A DNA stretch of 64,000 nt, from the IMG/VR virus record IMGVR_UViG_3300005921_000006, positions 9,222 to 73,221 of that record. The stretch is one strand, 5' to 3'. The stretch comes from a virus. Shown piece after piece: positions 9,771 to 19,757 of this stretch. A model generated the notes under the pieces. That model was not told where the DNA came from. It did no database searches and was given only the letters and a program-made list of their open reading frames with translations. Numbering within the stretch: position 1 is the stretch's first letter; each line of letters starts with the position of its first letter. A program made the translations under genes and the position numbers.

Positions 9771-10375
9771 TAGTTTGGATTTCCAATTACCAACGCGGAC
9801 CAATTTTGCGAATTAGCGGAAGCCGCCCCGATTGTAACCGTCGTTCCCGATACGGAGCACCCTCCCGCAATGACGCTCGAAGCACTTTGTTCCGTTACAA
9901 TGCAAATAGGCTGAGTGTTATAGGCAGAAAGCAGAGTTATATTACAGGAAGAAGTTCCCCCCATGTTGCACGAACCGGCCCAGCTATTTGTTCCCGATTG
10001 GTTAAGGTGACCGGTTATAGAGCCTATGCTCGCCGCGCCACCTATCACCACAATACCCGTGAAAGCCGCCGTAGCGCCGTTAACTGCGCCTGTAGTTAAA
10101 AAGCCGCTCGCATCGACTGTACTCGAAAAAACTGCGTTTCCGCCCTGAATCTCTCCCGTAGTGGCAAAGCCTCCAGCCGCTACAGTGCCGGTAACATCTA
10201 AAGCTGGAATTGCGGCGTCCCCACTCAAATACTGATCCAACAAGGTAAAATTGGCGTTCATTTGAACGTTCCAATTCGTAGCGCCGTATGGGGGAGTACT
10301 CAGGCAGATGTTTGGCGTACACTGCGCCGCGAGAGAACCAACGAACAAAGCAAGAAAAGCCAGAATTTTATACAC
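9770..10375 (-). CDS. Short fibre-like protein with a signal peptide
   Basis: Signal MYKILAFLALFVGSLAA|Q, then the fibre anchor motif TPN..L..P..G..NW...MN.NF.LLD. Confidence 0.75.
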   Translation of the reverse strand: MYKILAFLALFVGSLAAQCTPNICLSTPPYGATNWNVQMNANFTLLDQYLSGDAAIPALDVTGTVAAGGFATTGEIQGGNAVFSSTVDASGFLTTGAVNGATAAFTGIVVIGGAASIGSITGHLNQSGTNSWAGSCNMGGTSSCNITLLSAYNTQPICIVTEQSASSVIAGGCSVSGTTVTIGAASANSQNWSALVIGNPN

Positions 10376-11582
10376 TGTTCACCGTAATGTTTCCGACCAC
10401 GCACTGCGCAGCCTGATAAAAGTTAAGTTGAATGTCCGTACTCGTTGACGGACTGGAAGTCTCCTCGAAGTAGAACGGATTGCGAATAGAAATCTGAGCG
10501 CCCGCGCCAGTCTGCGCAGCTAGGATCATGTCGCCAAAACTCACCACGCCACCAATAGCCAGGCCTTCGAGATACGCAATAATCGCGTCCTGAATTGCCA
10601 GCACCTGCGCCGCGCTTAAAGACCCACCGGAAGGCAACAAATGAGCGTTGACAATCACGTAGATCGTTACGTACACGGGAGGCTGGATAAAGCCAATTGT
10701 AGTAACCAGCCCGGAGTTCGGCGAAGTTACAGCTACCGACTGCGTTTGCGAAATAGGAGACCCGCTTACGTCGCCATTCGTGAGCACGCCCAGCCCACGA
10801 TTGTTGTAAATCGCCGTAGCTACAGCCAGCGCCATGCCGCCTTCTACCACGCACGTAATGGAGTGACCGGGGTTGCCGTAGCTGTCCGTAGTGCCCGTGT
10901 CATTTTCCAGCACATTATTGCGCGTAACCCCCGCCGTAGCTTCGATAGCCGCAACCGTCGCGTCCAGCGGAGTCAGTGACGGCAGCGCAACACTTTGTTG
11001 CTGCCGCAACCGCAACTGTGCGTCTGTTTCTACCGGGTCACCTAGCACGGCCACGTTCGACCCGTTCGTTACGCTGGTCCAGCCTGCCGTGGGCGAAGCA
11101 ATACCCGTAAGCTGGTTCGCCGTAGCGTTAATAGCTCCAGCAACCTGGGCCGTAGCGGTAACCGAAACCGTTCCACCACCGCCAATCGTCACCGTGGCGG
11201 GCAGATTCCATAGATCGCCGGTCACTACATTTTGAATCACGCCATTCGTAATTACCGCGCCGGGGGTGCCTGTAAGAGTAACCGTACAGGTGGAATTCGT
11301 GGCTGCTTTGCGGGTAAGACCGTTAATTGCAACAATAGCGTCCAGGCCCGCGCCTACGGCGAACGCGGGGGACATGTTGTTAAATACCTGCTGTAATCCC
11401 GCGTTGGTGTCCGCCGCCGCCAAAGCGATAATGGACATCAGCTGATAAGGAGCGGAGTCGTCCCCAAGATATGAATTTTGACCGTATACTGAAAGAAAGC
11501 CTTGCGTATAAAACCCAAGGATGTCTTCGTAACTGGGAATCGACAACCCCGAGGAGCTAATAGCGGGCGCGGTGTAGCTCAT
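10368..11582 (-). CDS. Baseplate J-like protein
   Basis: A.GAGLD motif, ETDAQLRLRQ, GHSI.CVVEGG; position in the baseplate cluster. Confidence 0.92.
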   Translation of the reverse strand: MSYTAPAISSSGLSIPSYEDILGFYTQGFLSVYGQNSYLGDDSAPYQLMSIIALAAADTNAGLQQVFNNMSPAFAVGAGLDAIVAINGLTRKAATNSTCTVTLTGTPGAVITNGVIQNVVTGDLWNLPATVTIGGGGTVSVTATAQVAGAINATANQLTGIASPTAGWTSVTNGSNVAVLGDPVETDAQLRLRQQQSVALPSLTPLDATVAAIEATAGVTRNNVLENDTGTTDSYGNPGHSITCVVEGGMALAVATAIYNNRGLGVLTNGDVSGSPISQTQSVAVTSPNSGLVTTIGFIQPPVYVTIYVIVNAHLLPSGGSLSAAQVLAIQDAIIAYLEGLAIGGVVSFGDMILAAQTGAGAQISIRNPFYFEETSSPSTSTDIQLNFYQAAQCVVGNITVNSV

Positions 11583-11971
11583 TGCGGCAAGGCTCCCGAA
11601 AGTGGCTGAGGATAACTAACGGACACCGTACCGAACGTAGTGTTCACCACGGCGGAGTACAAATAGGCCCGTGTCTGAGGCAGGTAAGTCGTCTGTACGT
11701 TGGACAGCCCAATCACGAACGGAGTTCCTAGGATAACGGCGGAAATCAAATTAGCGATCTGCTGTTGCGCGTGAGGGCTGGCGGATTGTCCGAGAATCGA
11801 CTGCCACAGTGGAAGTCCGTCGTTCGTATTCTCCCACCATTCGCCGGCATTTAACTTGAGACGGGTAAGTATAGCTTGCGCTACCGCATCTACGTCGGTA
11901 AGCTGGGCGGAATAGTCCCACACCGGATCGCCGTTTACCAGCTGCACGTAAAGTATCGCAGGAGTGCTCAC
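11579..11971 (-). CDS. Baseplate wedge or sheath initiator (gp25/gp46-like)
   Basis: AVAQAILTRLKL..GEWW.N..DGLP motif. Confidence 0.85.
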   Translation of the reverse strand: MSTPAILYVQLVNGDPVWDYSAQLTDVDAVAQAILTRLKLNAGEWWENTNDGLPLWQSILGQSASPHAQQQIANLISAVILGTPFVIGLSNVQTTYLPQTRAYLYSAVVNTTFGTVSVSYPQPLSGALPQ

Positions 11972-12666
11972 GGCACCACCGGACCAGTGTCAACACCCCC
12001 AGCCGTTACACCCGAATGCGTATGCAGAGCATAAGAAAAACCATTGATGTACACTGTTGCGGCGGTAAGGTTAATTTCTCCCGGTGTGATTTGAATTAGA
12101 CTTGTTCCTCCGTCCGGCGTCATTTTTACTGTGCCTGGAACCGCCACTACTTGAGTGGTTCCCCCGTCAGGAGTTATTTCAATAAGTCCGCTAGATACTT
12201 CAATCAACGTATTGCCGTCGTCCGAACGAATTTCTAAAGCCGATGCACTGTAGCCGCTTAACTTACGGGGCTGGGAACAACCGCCGGGAATAAATACGGC
12301 ATCAGCTAGATCGTGACGACGACGCTCCACTTCAACATTGTTAGTTCCACCCGACTGCCACCAGGAATCGATTGCTATGTCTTGAAAAACAATGACACCT
12401 TCGTCTCCTTCTACAAGAGGAAACGTCACGCTAAAACCACCACCACGAGGATAAATTACCGGCACATTCGCCAGCTGCGGGAGGCTCTGCGGAGTGGGCA
12501 CTAAGCTGTTCAACAAAGACTCTTTAATAGCGGGCTGCACGGTGACGTTTTGTGTCGCGGCGTCGAAACTTACCACGATAGCGGGGAGCGCCACCCGCAG
12601 CTCGCAGGCTTTTTGCCAAAACTCCTCGTCCAGCGCGGCTTCTTTAAGGCCAAGCAGCATGGACAA
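11968..12666 (-). CDS. Baseplate central spike (Gp138-like)
   Basis: VPV.YPRGGGF...P...GDEG, RRHDLADA and the C-terminal metal-binding HTHSGV motif. Confidence 0.9.
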   Translation of the reverse strand: MSMLLGLKEAALDEEFWQKACELRVALPAIVVSFDAATQNVTVQPAIKESLLNSLVPTPQSLPQLANVPVIYPRGGGFSVTFPLVEGDEGVIVFQDIAIDSWWQSGGTNNVEVERRRHDLADAVFIPGGCSQPRKLSGYSASALEIRSDDGNTLIEVSSGLIEITPDGGTTQVVAVPGTVKMTPDGGTSLIQITPGEINLTAATVYINGFSYALHTHSGVTAGGVDTGPVVP

Positions 12667-12685
12667 ATTGAGGAAGCTGGGGTTA

Positions 12686-13726
12686 CTATGCGCCAGTTAA
12701 GTATGCTCCTAGTACATCAGTGGCTGCTATCTTATCTGCGCCAGTAAGCCAACCTACTACGTCCGTGTACCAGTCTTGCCCGCGAGAATCGCCCAGATAG
12801 CGAGCGCCCACTACTGCATATACTCCACTTTGAGCTAAAATTCCAATAGATGTCAAATCTCCTAACTGTTGAAGCAATCGCACATACTGCGTTTGATCCA
12901 GTTTTATAAACATAGCCGGGTTCGTAATGTTAATGTTGGGGTTCATCAGTGTTCGGAATGTGACCCCTTTTTGGGTTTGTCGGGGAGTTCCGATAATCCC
13001 CGTGGTGGGGGTAAGCGTAAGCGCAGGCTGCTGCCCAGCAAGATCATAGTTCAAATTACTTAGATTCAGTAAACCTTTCTGCCCCAACCACCATTGGGCG
13101 TTATTGTCGCGGGAAATTTCCGACAGGTACTTCTTAGGGCTTCCAAACAAAGGGCGTCCCCGAGGAAGAACTTTTTGCGATAAACTTTCTGAAATAACTC
13201 CGGGTTGAATAGGGTGGTACGCTTGAGCTAACATTTGCAATAAAAGCTGACGTTGTGTAGTAGCCACGCCCGGTTGTATTACTGGGTTTCTTTGCATGCC
13301 CGTGGGGTCCAACCCTAAAATACAATTCAGCGTTAGTTTAAAGTCCGTTTGGTTTTCCCGTTCCCACAGCACCTGTAAGACGTAACCTTCCCAGATCAAT
13401 CCGTAGTTTGCCCCGTTGCCGTAATAGCCCGCCGAAAGAGCTACCGACATACCCTGTTCTATTGGCACGGTCTGACTACTGGAATTGGTAACGGGCGGCG
13501 AAGAATTACCCTGGTTAATCAGCACCTGGGCGCTTTGCTCGTTCAAGTTATACACAGATATCTGCGCAGTCCAAAGCGCTGGGCCTAAAAAAGTCTGTAC
13601 GTCGAACGTAATCCGCAGGGTAGGCTCGTCGTCACTGTTAATGGTGATGTTAGTAACCGGGCCGTTGTTCACGGACGCCGACTGAATGTTCAACAGGTAG
13701 CGCCGAAGAAACTGCGGGGCGGTCAA
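12686..13726 (-). CDS. Baseplate hub protein
   Basis: LRITFDV, ISVYNL, LSAGY, TG.IG.P.Q and GDSRG.DWY motifs; TTG start overlapping the upstream stop is inferred. Confidence 0.85.
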   Translation of the reverse strand: MTAPQFLRRYLLNIQSASVNNGPVTNITINSDDEPTLRITFDVQTFLGPALWTAQISVYNLNEQSAQVLINQGNSSPPVTNSSSQTVPIEQGMSVALSAGYYGNGANYGLIWEGYVLQVLWERENQTDFKLTLNCILGLDPTGMQRNPVIQPGVATTQRQLLLQMLAQAYHPIQPGVISESLSQKVLPRGRPLFGSPKKYLSEISRDNNAQWWLGQKGLLNLSNLNYDLAGQQPALTLTPTTGIIGTPRQTQKGVTFRTLMNPNINITNPAMFIKLDQTQYVRLLQQLGDLTSIGILAQSGVYAVVGARYLGDSRGQDWYTDVVGWLTGADKIAATDVLGAYLTGA

Positions 13727-14070
13727 CCGATCTGCTCCGCCGTAGAGATATTGTCTCCCCAAACCATGATGAAGTCGCTGCCCAGATCGCTACTGATAGG
13801 AGAATCCTGCGGCGTACCGCTGACGTTGAGTATGAAAATACTACCGATCATCAAGTAAGCGTACTGGGCCAACAGGTTTAACCCTGTAAGCAATGGGATA
13901 CCGGATAGCAGCAACGTCTGGACAGAGTTCGATATGTTCATGGTCCAGTAATTAGCGATCTCGTTAAAATTAAGCTCCAAGAAAAACGTACTTACACCGC
14001 CGTTGATGCTAACGGACACATTCCACGTCTGGTTCGGCGCGGAATCGAGTGGTACAACCTGGTAGGCCAT
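13723..14070 (-). CDS. Baseplate plug or virion structural protein
   Basis: PL...PNQT, W.M.I and GIPL.TG.NLL.QY.YL pattern typical of Bcep781-type baseplates. Confidence 0.8.
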   Translation of the reverse strand: MAYQVVPLDSAPNQTWNVSVSINGGVSTFFLELNFNEIANYWTMNISNSVQTLLLSGIPLLTGLNLLAQYAYLMIGSIFILNVSGTPQDSPISSDLGSDFIMVWGDNISTAEQIG

Positions 14071-14072
14071 AG

Positions 14073-14729
14073 TTAATTCTGGTTGAACATCTTCATGCTG
14101 TCCAACAGGTTGTTAATCTGCGTTTGCTCCGTAGAGCTAAGTGGCTGTGCGCCTTTTGTACCTTCGGCGGTAGAGTCCGTCTGGTTCGGGCGGGCACTGG
14201 TCGTCTGATTCACCGTAACCGAAATAATCTGCTCAAAGTACAACGTCCCGCGAAACCCAAATAAAGTCCGGCTATCCTCCGTCGCCCGCACATCCGTAAT
14301 CGCCATGTTCGGATATTGATCCAGCCGGGTGCTTACCGCAACAGGCACCCGAGCCGCTTGAATCTGCTTAAACGTCTGGTACATGCTAACGGAAAGACTC
14401 GGGTTAGAAGCGTACTGCCCGGCCACTAAGCTGGCAACGCAATCGGAAGCTACAACTTCCATCACCACCCGAGCCGGCTGGTTATAGGCGTGGTCCACAA
14501 TAGCCGGACCAATTTGTACCGGATGCTTAGTAATCGTTTGCTCCTGCACGTGCTCTACCCGGCCCACCAGCTGGAAAAAATATGTTGTGGGGCTGCCTTG
14601 CGAGGGGGTGCTGGGGTTGTTCGCGTTGTTGTTCGAATTAGCCTGATTATTCGCGGGTAACGTACAGGTCAGAGAATAGTTCGACTTGCCCGAACCGAAC
14701 TGCGGCGGAGTGTAAGGCGTAGCGCCCAT
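14073..14729 (-). CDS. Dit-like baseplate or tail protein
   Basis: EH...IT.HPV..G..I.DHAY..P and Y.NM.I motifs; directly after the tape measure gene. Confidence 0.8.
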   Translation of the reverse strand: MGATPYTPPQFGSGKSNYSLTCTLPANNQANSNNNANNPSTPSQGSPTTYFFQLVGRVEHVQEQTITKHPVQIGPAIVDHAYNQPARVVMEVVASDCVASLVAGQYASNPSLSVSMYQTFKQIQAARVPVAVSTRLDQYPNMAITDVRATEDSRTLFGFRGTLYFEQIISVTVNQTTSARPNQTDSTAEGTKGAQPLSSTEQTQINNLLDSMKMFNQN

Positions 14730-16301
14730 TTAAGCGAACACCCCTTGGCGGTAGGCGAACGAGTCCTGCGCCTTCTTGCGCTCGTGGTACTCGATAGCTT
14801 CCACTACGGCCTTTTTTACGTGTTCGTGCATTTCTTTGCCTGCCGCGTTGCCGGGAGCTACGTTAATTTCTATTTTGTAAGACTGAGGCTGAATGGTAGC
14901 TCCGCTGTCCACCTTTGTGGGGTCTCCAACACCTTTCCTTAGTAAGTTAGAACGACGATGCAACTCATTCAAATCTTTAGAAGGGTCTTTTTTCTTATAT
15001 CCCGCATACACTTTTCTTGCAGCGTCAAAAGTCCCGTACTGTTCCATCAAATCGTGCATATAGTGCGCTGACGCCTCAATACTAGCCTGGGGATCATATA
15101 GGTTGTCTAGATGATACTGCTTGGCCGTATAAGGCATGAATTGACCTATTCCAGCCGCACCAGAAGAAGGGTTGTAAGCATTCGGGTTTAAACCATACTT
15201 TGTACCCGACTCAATACTGAGCATGGCTAGAAAATCGTAAGGGTCTAAACTGTATTTCTTAGCAGAATCCACAGCCCATTTTTTAAACAGATTTTGGTGC
15301 GCCCAAGTTGTCCAATCTGACCCGTATTTTTTACTTCGGTAGTAAATTTCCCCACCGACTGCCCCGTGGATAGCGCCGCTTACACCGCCCATTACAGCTC
15401 CTGCGGGAGTACCTATTGCTGCTCCTACAGGACCCAGCAGCGCCGCGCCGCCTACCGCTCCTATCGCTGCACCACCAGCAGCTTCCGTCGCAGCGCCTAC
15501 AGCAGAGCCTAAAAATATACTCCGCGCCTCGGGGCTTTTATCCAACAATTCAAAAAAGTCTTTAACCCAACCCGCAGCGGTTACAGTCATGTCCACAGCC
15601 CATTTTACATTTTTATCTGTAAACACTTCCTTTCCCATGTCCCACACAGCTTTTAAGGCAGGGGCCAGTACATCAGAAAGTTTATCAGCAAGAGGACCTA
15701 CATTGTGCTGAAACGTATCTACCCACCCAGTTACAGTTTTTAATGCATCTTCCATAGAGTGAGTGCCAATTAGTTTCTGTATAATGTCTTTTGTCAGCAC
15801 CATACCGAAAACCTTCAGCCCCAACCCTACACGGGTAACTTGAAATCCAAAATCTCGAATGGATTTAAATGCTTTTTCCCCGCCGTCACTTCCCAAGAAT
15901 TTAAACATTTCCGTTTGGTCTTTAATCAGCTGCCGGTAACGCTCCGCCAACTCAGGCGGTCCCCAGATGATTTCTTCCAGAGAATATCCCAAGGCGTCCG
16001 TCGCCATAGTCATTTTCTTAGTAGCTTCGGTCGTCATAAACATACGACGAGCTAAAACTTGATAGCGCAAATCCTGGTCCGCCACAGACTTCATAATACC
16101 AATCGTAGCGCCCGTAATCGTAGCTAACGCCGTGACAGCCACCCCGCCTGCAATAGTAAAGTCTTTCGCCATTGTTCCGGCAAATTTTTCTACCGCGTAT
16201 CCTGACACTTTCATAGTGTCTTCAAACTTACGCCACGCCGGTTTATCCACAGCAAAACCTAAACCCACTAAGTATTCACGGATCGTTTTAGGGTTTGGCA
16301 T
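14730..16301 (-). CDS. Tape measure protein with a lytic transglycosylase (SLT) domain
   Basis: I.EYLV.LGF N-terminus; SLT motifs IESG, SSGAAGIGQFMPYTA and DPQASIEASAHY. Confidence 0.9.
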   Translation of the reverse strand: MPNPKTIREYLVGLGFAVDKPAWRKFEDTMKVSGYAVEKFAGTMAKDFTIAGGVAVTALATITGATIGIMKSVADQDLRYQVLARRMFMTTEATKKMTMATDALGYSLEEIIWGPPELAERYRQLIKDQTEMFKFLGSDGGEKAFKSIRDFGFQVTRVGLGLKVFGMVLTKDIIQKLIGTHSMEDALKTVTGWVDTFQHNVGPLADKLSDVLAPALKAVWDMGKEVFTDKNVKWAVDMTVTAAGWVKDFFELLDKSPEARSIFLGSAVGAATEAAGGAAIGAVGGAALLGPVGAAIGTPAGAVMGGVSGAIHGAVGGEIYYRSKKYGSDWTTWAHQNLFKKWAVDSAKKYSLDPYDFLAMLSIESGTKYGLNPNAYNPSSGAAGIGQFMPYTAKQYHLDNLYDPQASIEASAHYMHDLMEQYGTFDAARKVYAGYKKKDPSKDLNELHRRSNLLRKGVGDPTKVDSGATIQPQSYKIEINVAPGNAAGKEMHEHVKKAVVEAIEYHERKKAQDSFAYRQGVFA

Positions 16302-16418
16302 TTGCTTCCTCGATTAAATCCATCATGACGTGTACTTCTACTAAGGATTCAAACGACATTTCATCTACATCTCTGTGAAGCCAGTAGCGGGAAGCCACAG
16401 GACGAAATAAGTAACCGT

Positions 16419-16877
16419 CTATTTGGGGCTGCCGCTGTTCACTATATTCATATTCGGGAACGCTATCAGCAGCGTCTCTAACGCTCCAGACTCGAAAAAA
16501 GAATAAAGGTTGAACGATAAACAGGAAACCGTAAGCGCCAATAATTCAGGCAAACTAGGTTCTGCTGTATCATTCCACTTTCCGTCCGCTCGAAGCACTG
16601 GCATGGAGATAGTGGAGTCGCCCACCGTCCCATAACGTTTACAGACTTCCAAACACTTTGCCTGTACCTTTAAGAACGTTTCCTCCGAAAGATTCTGCAA
16701 GTCCAACGCCAATCCCAATCCTAAGTCTTTTTCCGTAAGTTCTCGGTCGGGGTTGTTAAGACGGCCTAATACGCGCTCTACAAATTGGTTTACGATCCAG
16801 CTCCCATTGCGAGCCGAAAGTCTTCCTAGCTGATAATTTGTTTCTCCGATTCTAATGTCCTTCATGGCGGATGACAT
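16419..16877 (-). CDS. Tail assembly chaperone; -1 frameshift extension ends at 16288
   Basis: Lies between tube and tape measure genes; slippery T TTT TTC at 16494-16500 with an open -1 frame to 16288. Confidence 0.8.
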   Translation of the reverse strand: MSSAMKDIRIGETNYQLGRLSARNGSWIVNQFVERVLGRLNNPDRELTEKDLGLGLALDLQNLSEETFLKVQAKCLEVCKRYGTVGDSTISMPVLRADGKWNDTAEPSLPELLALTVSCLSFNLYSFFESGALETLLIAFPNMNIVNSGSPK

Positions 16878-16892
16878 AAATTTCCCTTTCTA

Positions 16893-17351
16893 TCAACCGT
16901 TAACGATATTCGCACACATCAAAATCCAACTGATACGTTCCGCTTGCGGCCCGTAAGACTTATTCGGAATCTTCGTGGGCGCTACCCCGGTAAGCGTGTG
17001 GGTGGACCCGTCTACCGTGTTGACCAGACTGATCGTCGCTCCGGCCCAGTCGCTCACGTCCGCGTTGTCGAACGCCTGGTTCAGCAGGTTAAACCAGTTC
17101 AGCAGGAACTTATGAAACACGCTGGTCTGCTGCATTTCGATTGTCAGCGAACCGTTATTACCCGCCACGGCGCTGGGTAGCACGAGTCCGTCCGCCGCCA
17201 CGTCCATCACCGTGCGGTCGGTATGCATTTCAATAATAAACCGCCCCGCGCCAATCTGCCCGCCGAAAGCGAACGGCCCGGCCAGGGCATCGTTAAAGCC
17301 GCCGCTCGTGTCTTTAAACGAATAGGTAGAAGCTTGATTTGGTCCTGGCAT
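16893..17351 (-). CDS. Tail tube protein (DUF3277-like)
   Basis: TYSFKD, M.V.ADG and G.LTI...QTS motifs; follows the sheath gene. Confidence 0.88.
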   Translation of the reverse strand: MPGPNQASTYSFKDTSGGFNDALAGPFAFGGQIGAGRFIIEMHTDRTVMDVAADGLVLPSAVAGNNGSLTIEMQQTSVFHKFLLNWFNLLNQAFDNADVSDWAGATISLVNTVDGSTHTLTGVAPTKIPNKSYGPQAERISWILMCANIVNG

Positions 17352-17361
17352 TGAATTCTCC

Positions 17362-18771
17362 TTAGAGGCTTACGTAAACTCCAATTGCTAAGCTGTGTAC
17401 GGCTCCGGCAGGGGTAATGGCGCAATAAATCGGCATGGCCTGCCGCGCCTGCCGGTTCGCGGGGGACTGTGTACTGTAGTTGGGAGCCATCGTCTTGTAC
17501 CCGGCAGGCACCGGATCGCCGGGGTAAATACCGACCGTAGAGCTGATAACAATCTGCGGGCCGTCCCACGTACCCGGCGCGAGATACCCCCGCACTACCG
17601 CCGCCTGACAAGCCTGGTTCACGGCGGCGATCAGCTGCGCTTCCCCAACGTTCGTCTGCGGCACACTAGGCATTTCCGTCAGCAGATTCATCACGTTAAT
17701 CTGCATCGTGGAAGTAAGCATGTCCAGATTTAAAACCTGGTCCGCAAACGTGTACTGAACCGGGGTAGTGCCTTGCTCCAGGATCGTATACGGACCCTGA
17801 TAACCCAGATATAAGTTCACACCCTGCGCTTCAATCGTGGCAATTTGATTCGCCGTAAGCGGTTCTGCCACAATACCCGTGAGCACCTTGAACTTCATGG
17901 TGAAGTAGCTTCCGGCGAGTCCCGTGTTCAGGCCCATCATCACGCCCATGGACGCCGCGCAAGCGTAAGCGTTGTTAGGGTACGTGCCGCTTTGGGTGGT
18001 AGCGTAGTCGATAAAAATACGGGTGTAGCTGGCGGCGCTGCAATACGCGCCCAGGTTACCCGACTGCCCGTTCAACACGGCAGTGTCGTGAGTGGTGTGG
18101 AAATAAAAACTCGGCGGGCTGGCGTTGGCTTGCAGGTAAGCAGCAAGGGCTTCCGCGTCCGCCGTAACCGCCGTAGTCACCATGCAGGCGTACCACAGCG
18201 AAGACGCAATGCGGCACTGCTGTACGGCGATGAGCGGAGTTTCACCCACATCACCCGTGGTGGTAATGGTAAAGCCCGTTCCACTTCCCGTAGTGGCCGT
18301 GGTAGCCGCGCCCACAGCAGCAGTGTAGCCCGTACCACCGCGAGTAATAGAGAACGTCGCTACACCGCTACCGCTCAGAGTTAACACTTGATAGGTGGCT
18401 AGCTTGCCCGCCGTACCGCCGGAAATCGTGCCAGTATCGCCCACGGCATAACCTGTTCCGGCTGCGTCCAGCGTTCCACCAGTAATGGCCGTGGGGTCCT
18501 GGCAACCTACCTGGAGTGTCAACGGCGCGGGAGCCTGGGAAAAATACAGCTCCGCCGCTAAATACTCCGGGTCCGTGTTAAGAAACCCGTAGGTTATCAT
18601 CGACGCCAGCGAGGTAAACGTAACCACGCGGGAGTTCGGTCCCGTGGAAGGTATGCGCTGAGAGTTGCCAATAATCAGGCCGACGTTAAACGAAGGCGGC
18701 AGCGCCGACTGCGGCGAGACATACACGCTTACCGTAACAATACCGCTGAGGGGTAGATTTGGACTCGCCAT
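17362..18771 (-). CDS. Tail sheath protein (DUF3383)
   Basis: PEY.AA..YFSQ.P.P, T.KFK.L.G, VPQT..G and R.AR...PI...GAVH motifs. Confidence 0.92.
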   Translation of the reverse strand: MASPNLPLSGIVTVSVYVSPQSALPPSFNVGLIIGNSQRIPSTGPNSRVVTFTSLASMITYGFLNTDPEYLAAELYFSQAPAPLTLQVGCQDPTAITGGTLDAAGTGYAVGDTGTISGGTAGKLATYQVLTLSGSGVATFSITRGGTGYTAAVGAATTATTGSGTGFTITTTGDVGETPLIAVQQCRIASSLWYACMVTTAVTADAEALAAYLQANASPPSFYFHTTHDTAVLNGQSGNLGAYCSAASYTRIFIDYATTQSGTYPNNAYACAASMGVMMGLNTGLAGSYFTMKFKVLTGIVAEPLTANQIATIEAQGVNLYLGYQGPYTILEQGTTPVQYTFADQVLNLDMLTSTMQINVMNLLTEMPSVPQTNVGEAQLIAAVNQACQAAVVRGYLAPGTWDGPQIVISSTVGIYPGDPVPAGYKTMAPNYSTQSPANRQARQAMPIYCAITPAGAVHSLAIGVYVSL

Positions 18772-18772
18772 T

Positions 18773-19390
18773 TTAGGCACTCTCCACAGGAATTTCGGCA
18801 ACTATGCCGTTAGAATCTTCTACGATAATTTCCGCACTCAACACCATCGGTTGCGCGATAACTTCGGTTACGAACTCATTAAAGCGGCATTTAAAATCTA
18901 CGCGCTCCCACCACTGCCCATTTTCGTACTCCGGCGCTCGTACCGGCGCGGCGGGGTCGGTTACCATGTACAGCTGGCTGTTAGCAAACAGGTCGTGAAT
19001 GGTCTGCTGGAACAGCGCCGAACGCAGCTGCCGGGCGTTATCAAAGCTGTTCGGCCCGTAGCAGCACCAGCTTACTTCCCAGATGCGGGAGTAGTTGGTA
19101 ATCTGGTTGTTTTCTTCGCCGTAGTTTTCCAGGTAGTTTTCGTAGCGCTCGCGGTTGTACGGGTCGTCTACTTCGATGGCACGAACGTAAATAACGTCTT
19201 CACTGCTTTCCTGAAACGGCTGGCCGGTATTTTGCCACTCACAGCGTACTCCGTAATAATTTTGCGCGGGCGTAAGGTTATCAGGATTCGCCAGAATCAA
19301 CCCTGGCGCTACGATGTTTGCGTTGATCGCCAGCGTAATCTGCTGGAGCAGCGCGTCCATCTGTTTCGGAAATAGGGGAAGCGTTGCCAT
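18773..19390 (-). CDS. Neck or tail terminator protein
   Basis: YGPN..D.A and PE..NGQWWER.D motifs; directly upstream of the sheath gene. Confidence 0.8.
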   Translation of the reverse strand: MATLPLFPKQMDALLQQITLAINANIVAPGLILANPDNLTPAQNYYGVRCEWQNTGQPFQESSEDVIYVRAIEVDDPYNRERYENYLENYGEENNQITNYSRIWEVSWCCYGPNSFDNARQLRSALFQQTIHDLFANSQLYMVTDPAAPVRAPEYENGQWWERVDFKCRFNEFVTEVIAQPMVLSAEIIVEDSNGIVAEIPVESA

Positions 19391-19756
19391 TCAGGCCCCC
19401 TTCATGCGAACCGCAAACGCTGACCAAAAACCACCACGATTGTCGTAGCGGCCCACGCTTAACACCCGGTACTTCGCACCGTTCCAGATTAGTATGTCGC
19501 TCACCGCACCCCTTGTTTCCGAAGTCGTGTAGATCGGACACTGGCTAATAAAGGAACGAATTTCGCCTACCCGGTCGGCTTCCGGGATCGCACCAATTTG
19601 CCGGTCGCTAGCGACGGACACTACACCCCACGCGGGGATAGTAACTTTGTTGTCGCTCCAGCCCCCGGCCTGGAAACTTCCGCCCTGGGAGCGGCATATC
19701 GTGTAGGCTTCCGCCAGATCGGGGTCGTTCACCACGTCTTGGAGATCAAAAGCCAC
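19391..19756 (-). CDS. Head closure or head-tail connector
   Basis: V..DPD.A, PE.DR and SD...W.G..YRV pattern. Confidence 0.75.
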   Translation of the reverse strand: MAFDLQDVVNDPDLAEAYTICRSQGGSFQAGGWSDNKVTIPAWGVVSVASDRQIGAIPEADRVGEIRSFISQCPIYTTSETRGAVSDILIWNGAKYRVLSVGRYDNRGGFWSAFAVRMKGA

Positions 19757-19757
19757 T

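Noticed and set aside
15273-15296. Possible self-target of array unit 53251 in the tape measure gene (ct-tt-aa-aa-tg match with 1-nt gaps)
   Set aside because: Only 5 of 8 dinucleotides match, which is expected by chance in 64 kb. I could not scan the window exhaustively.
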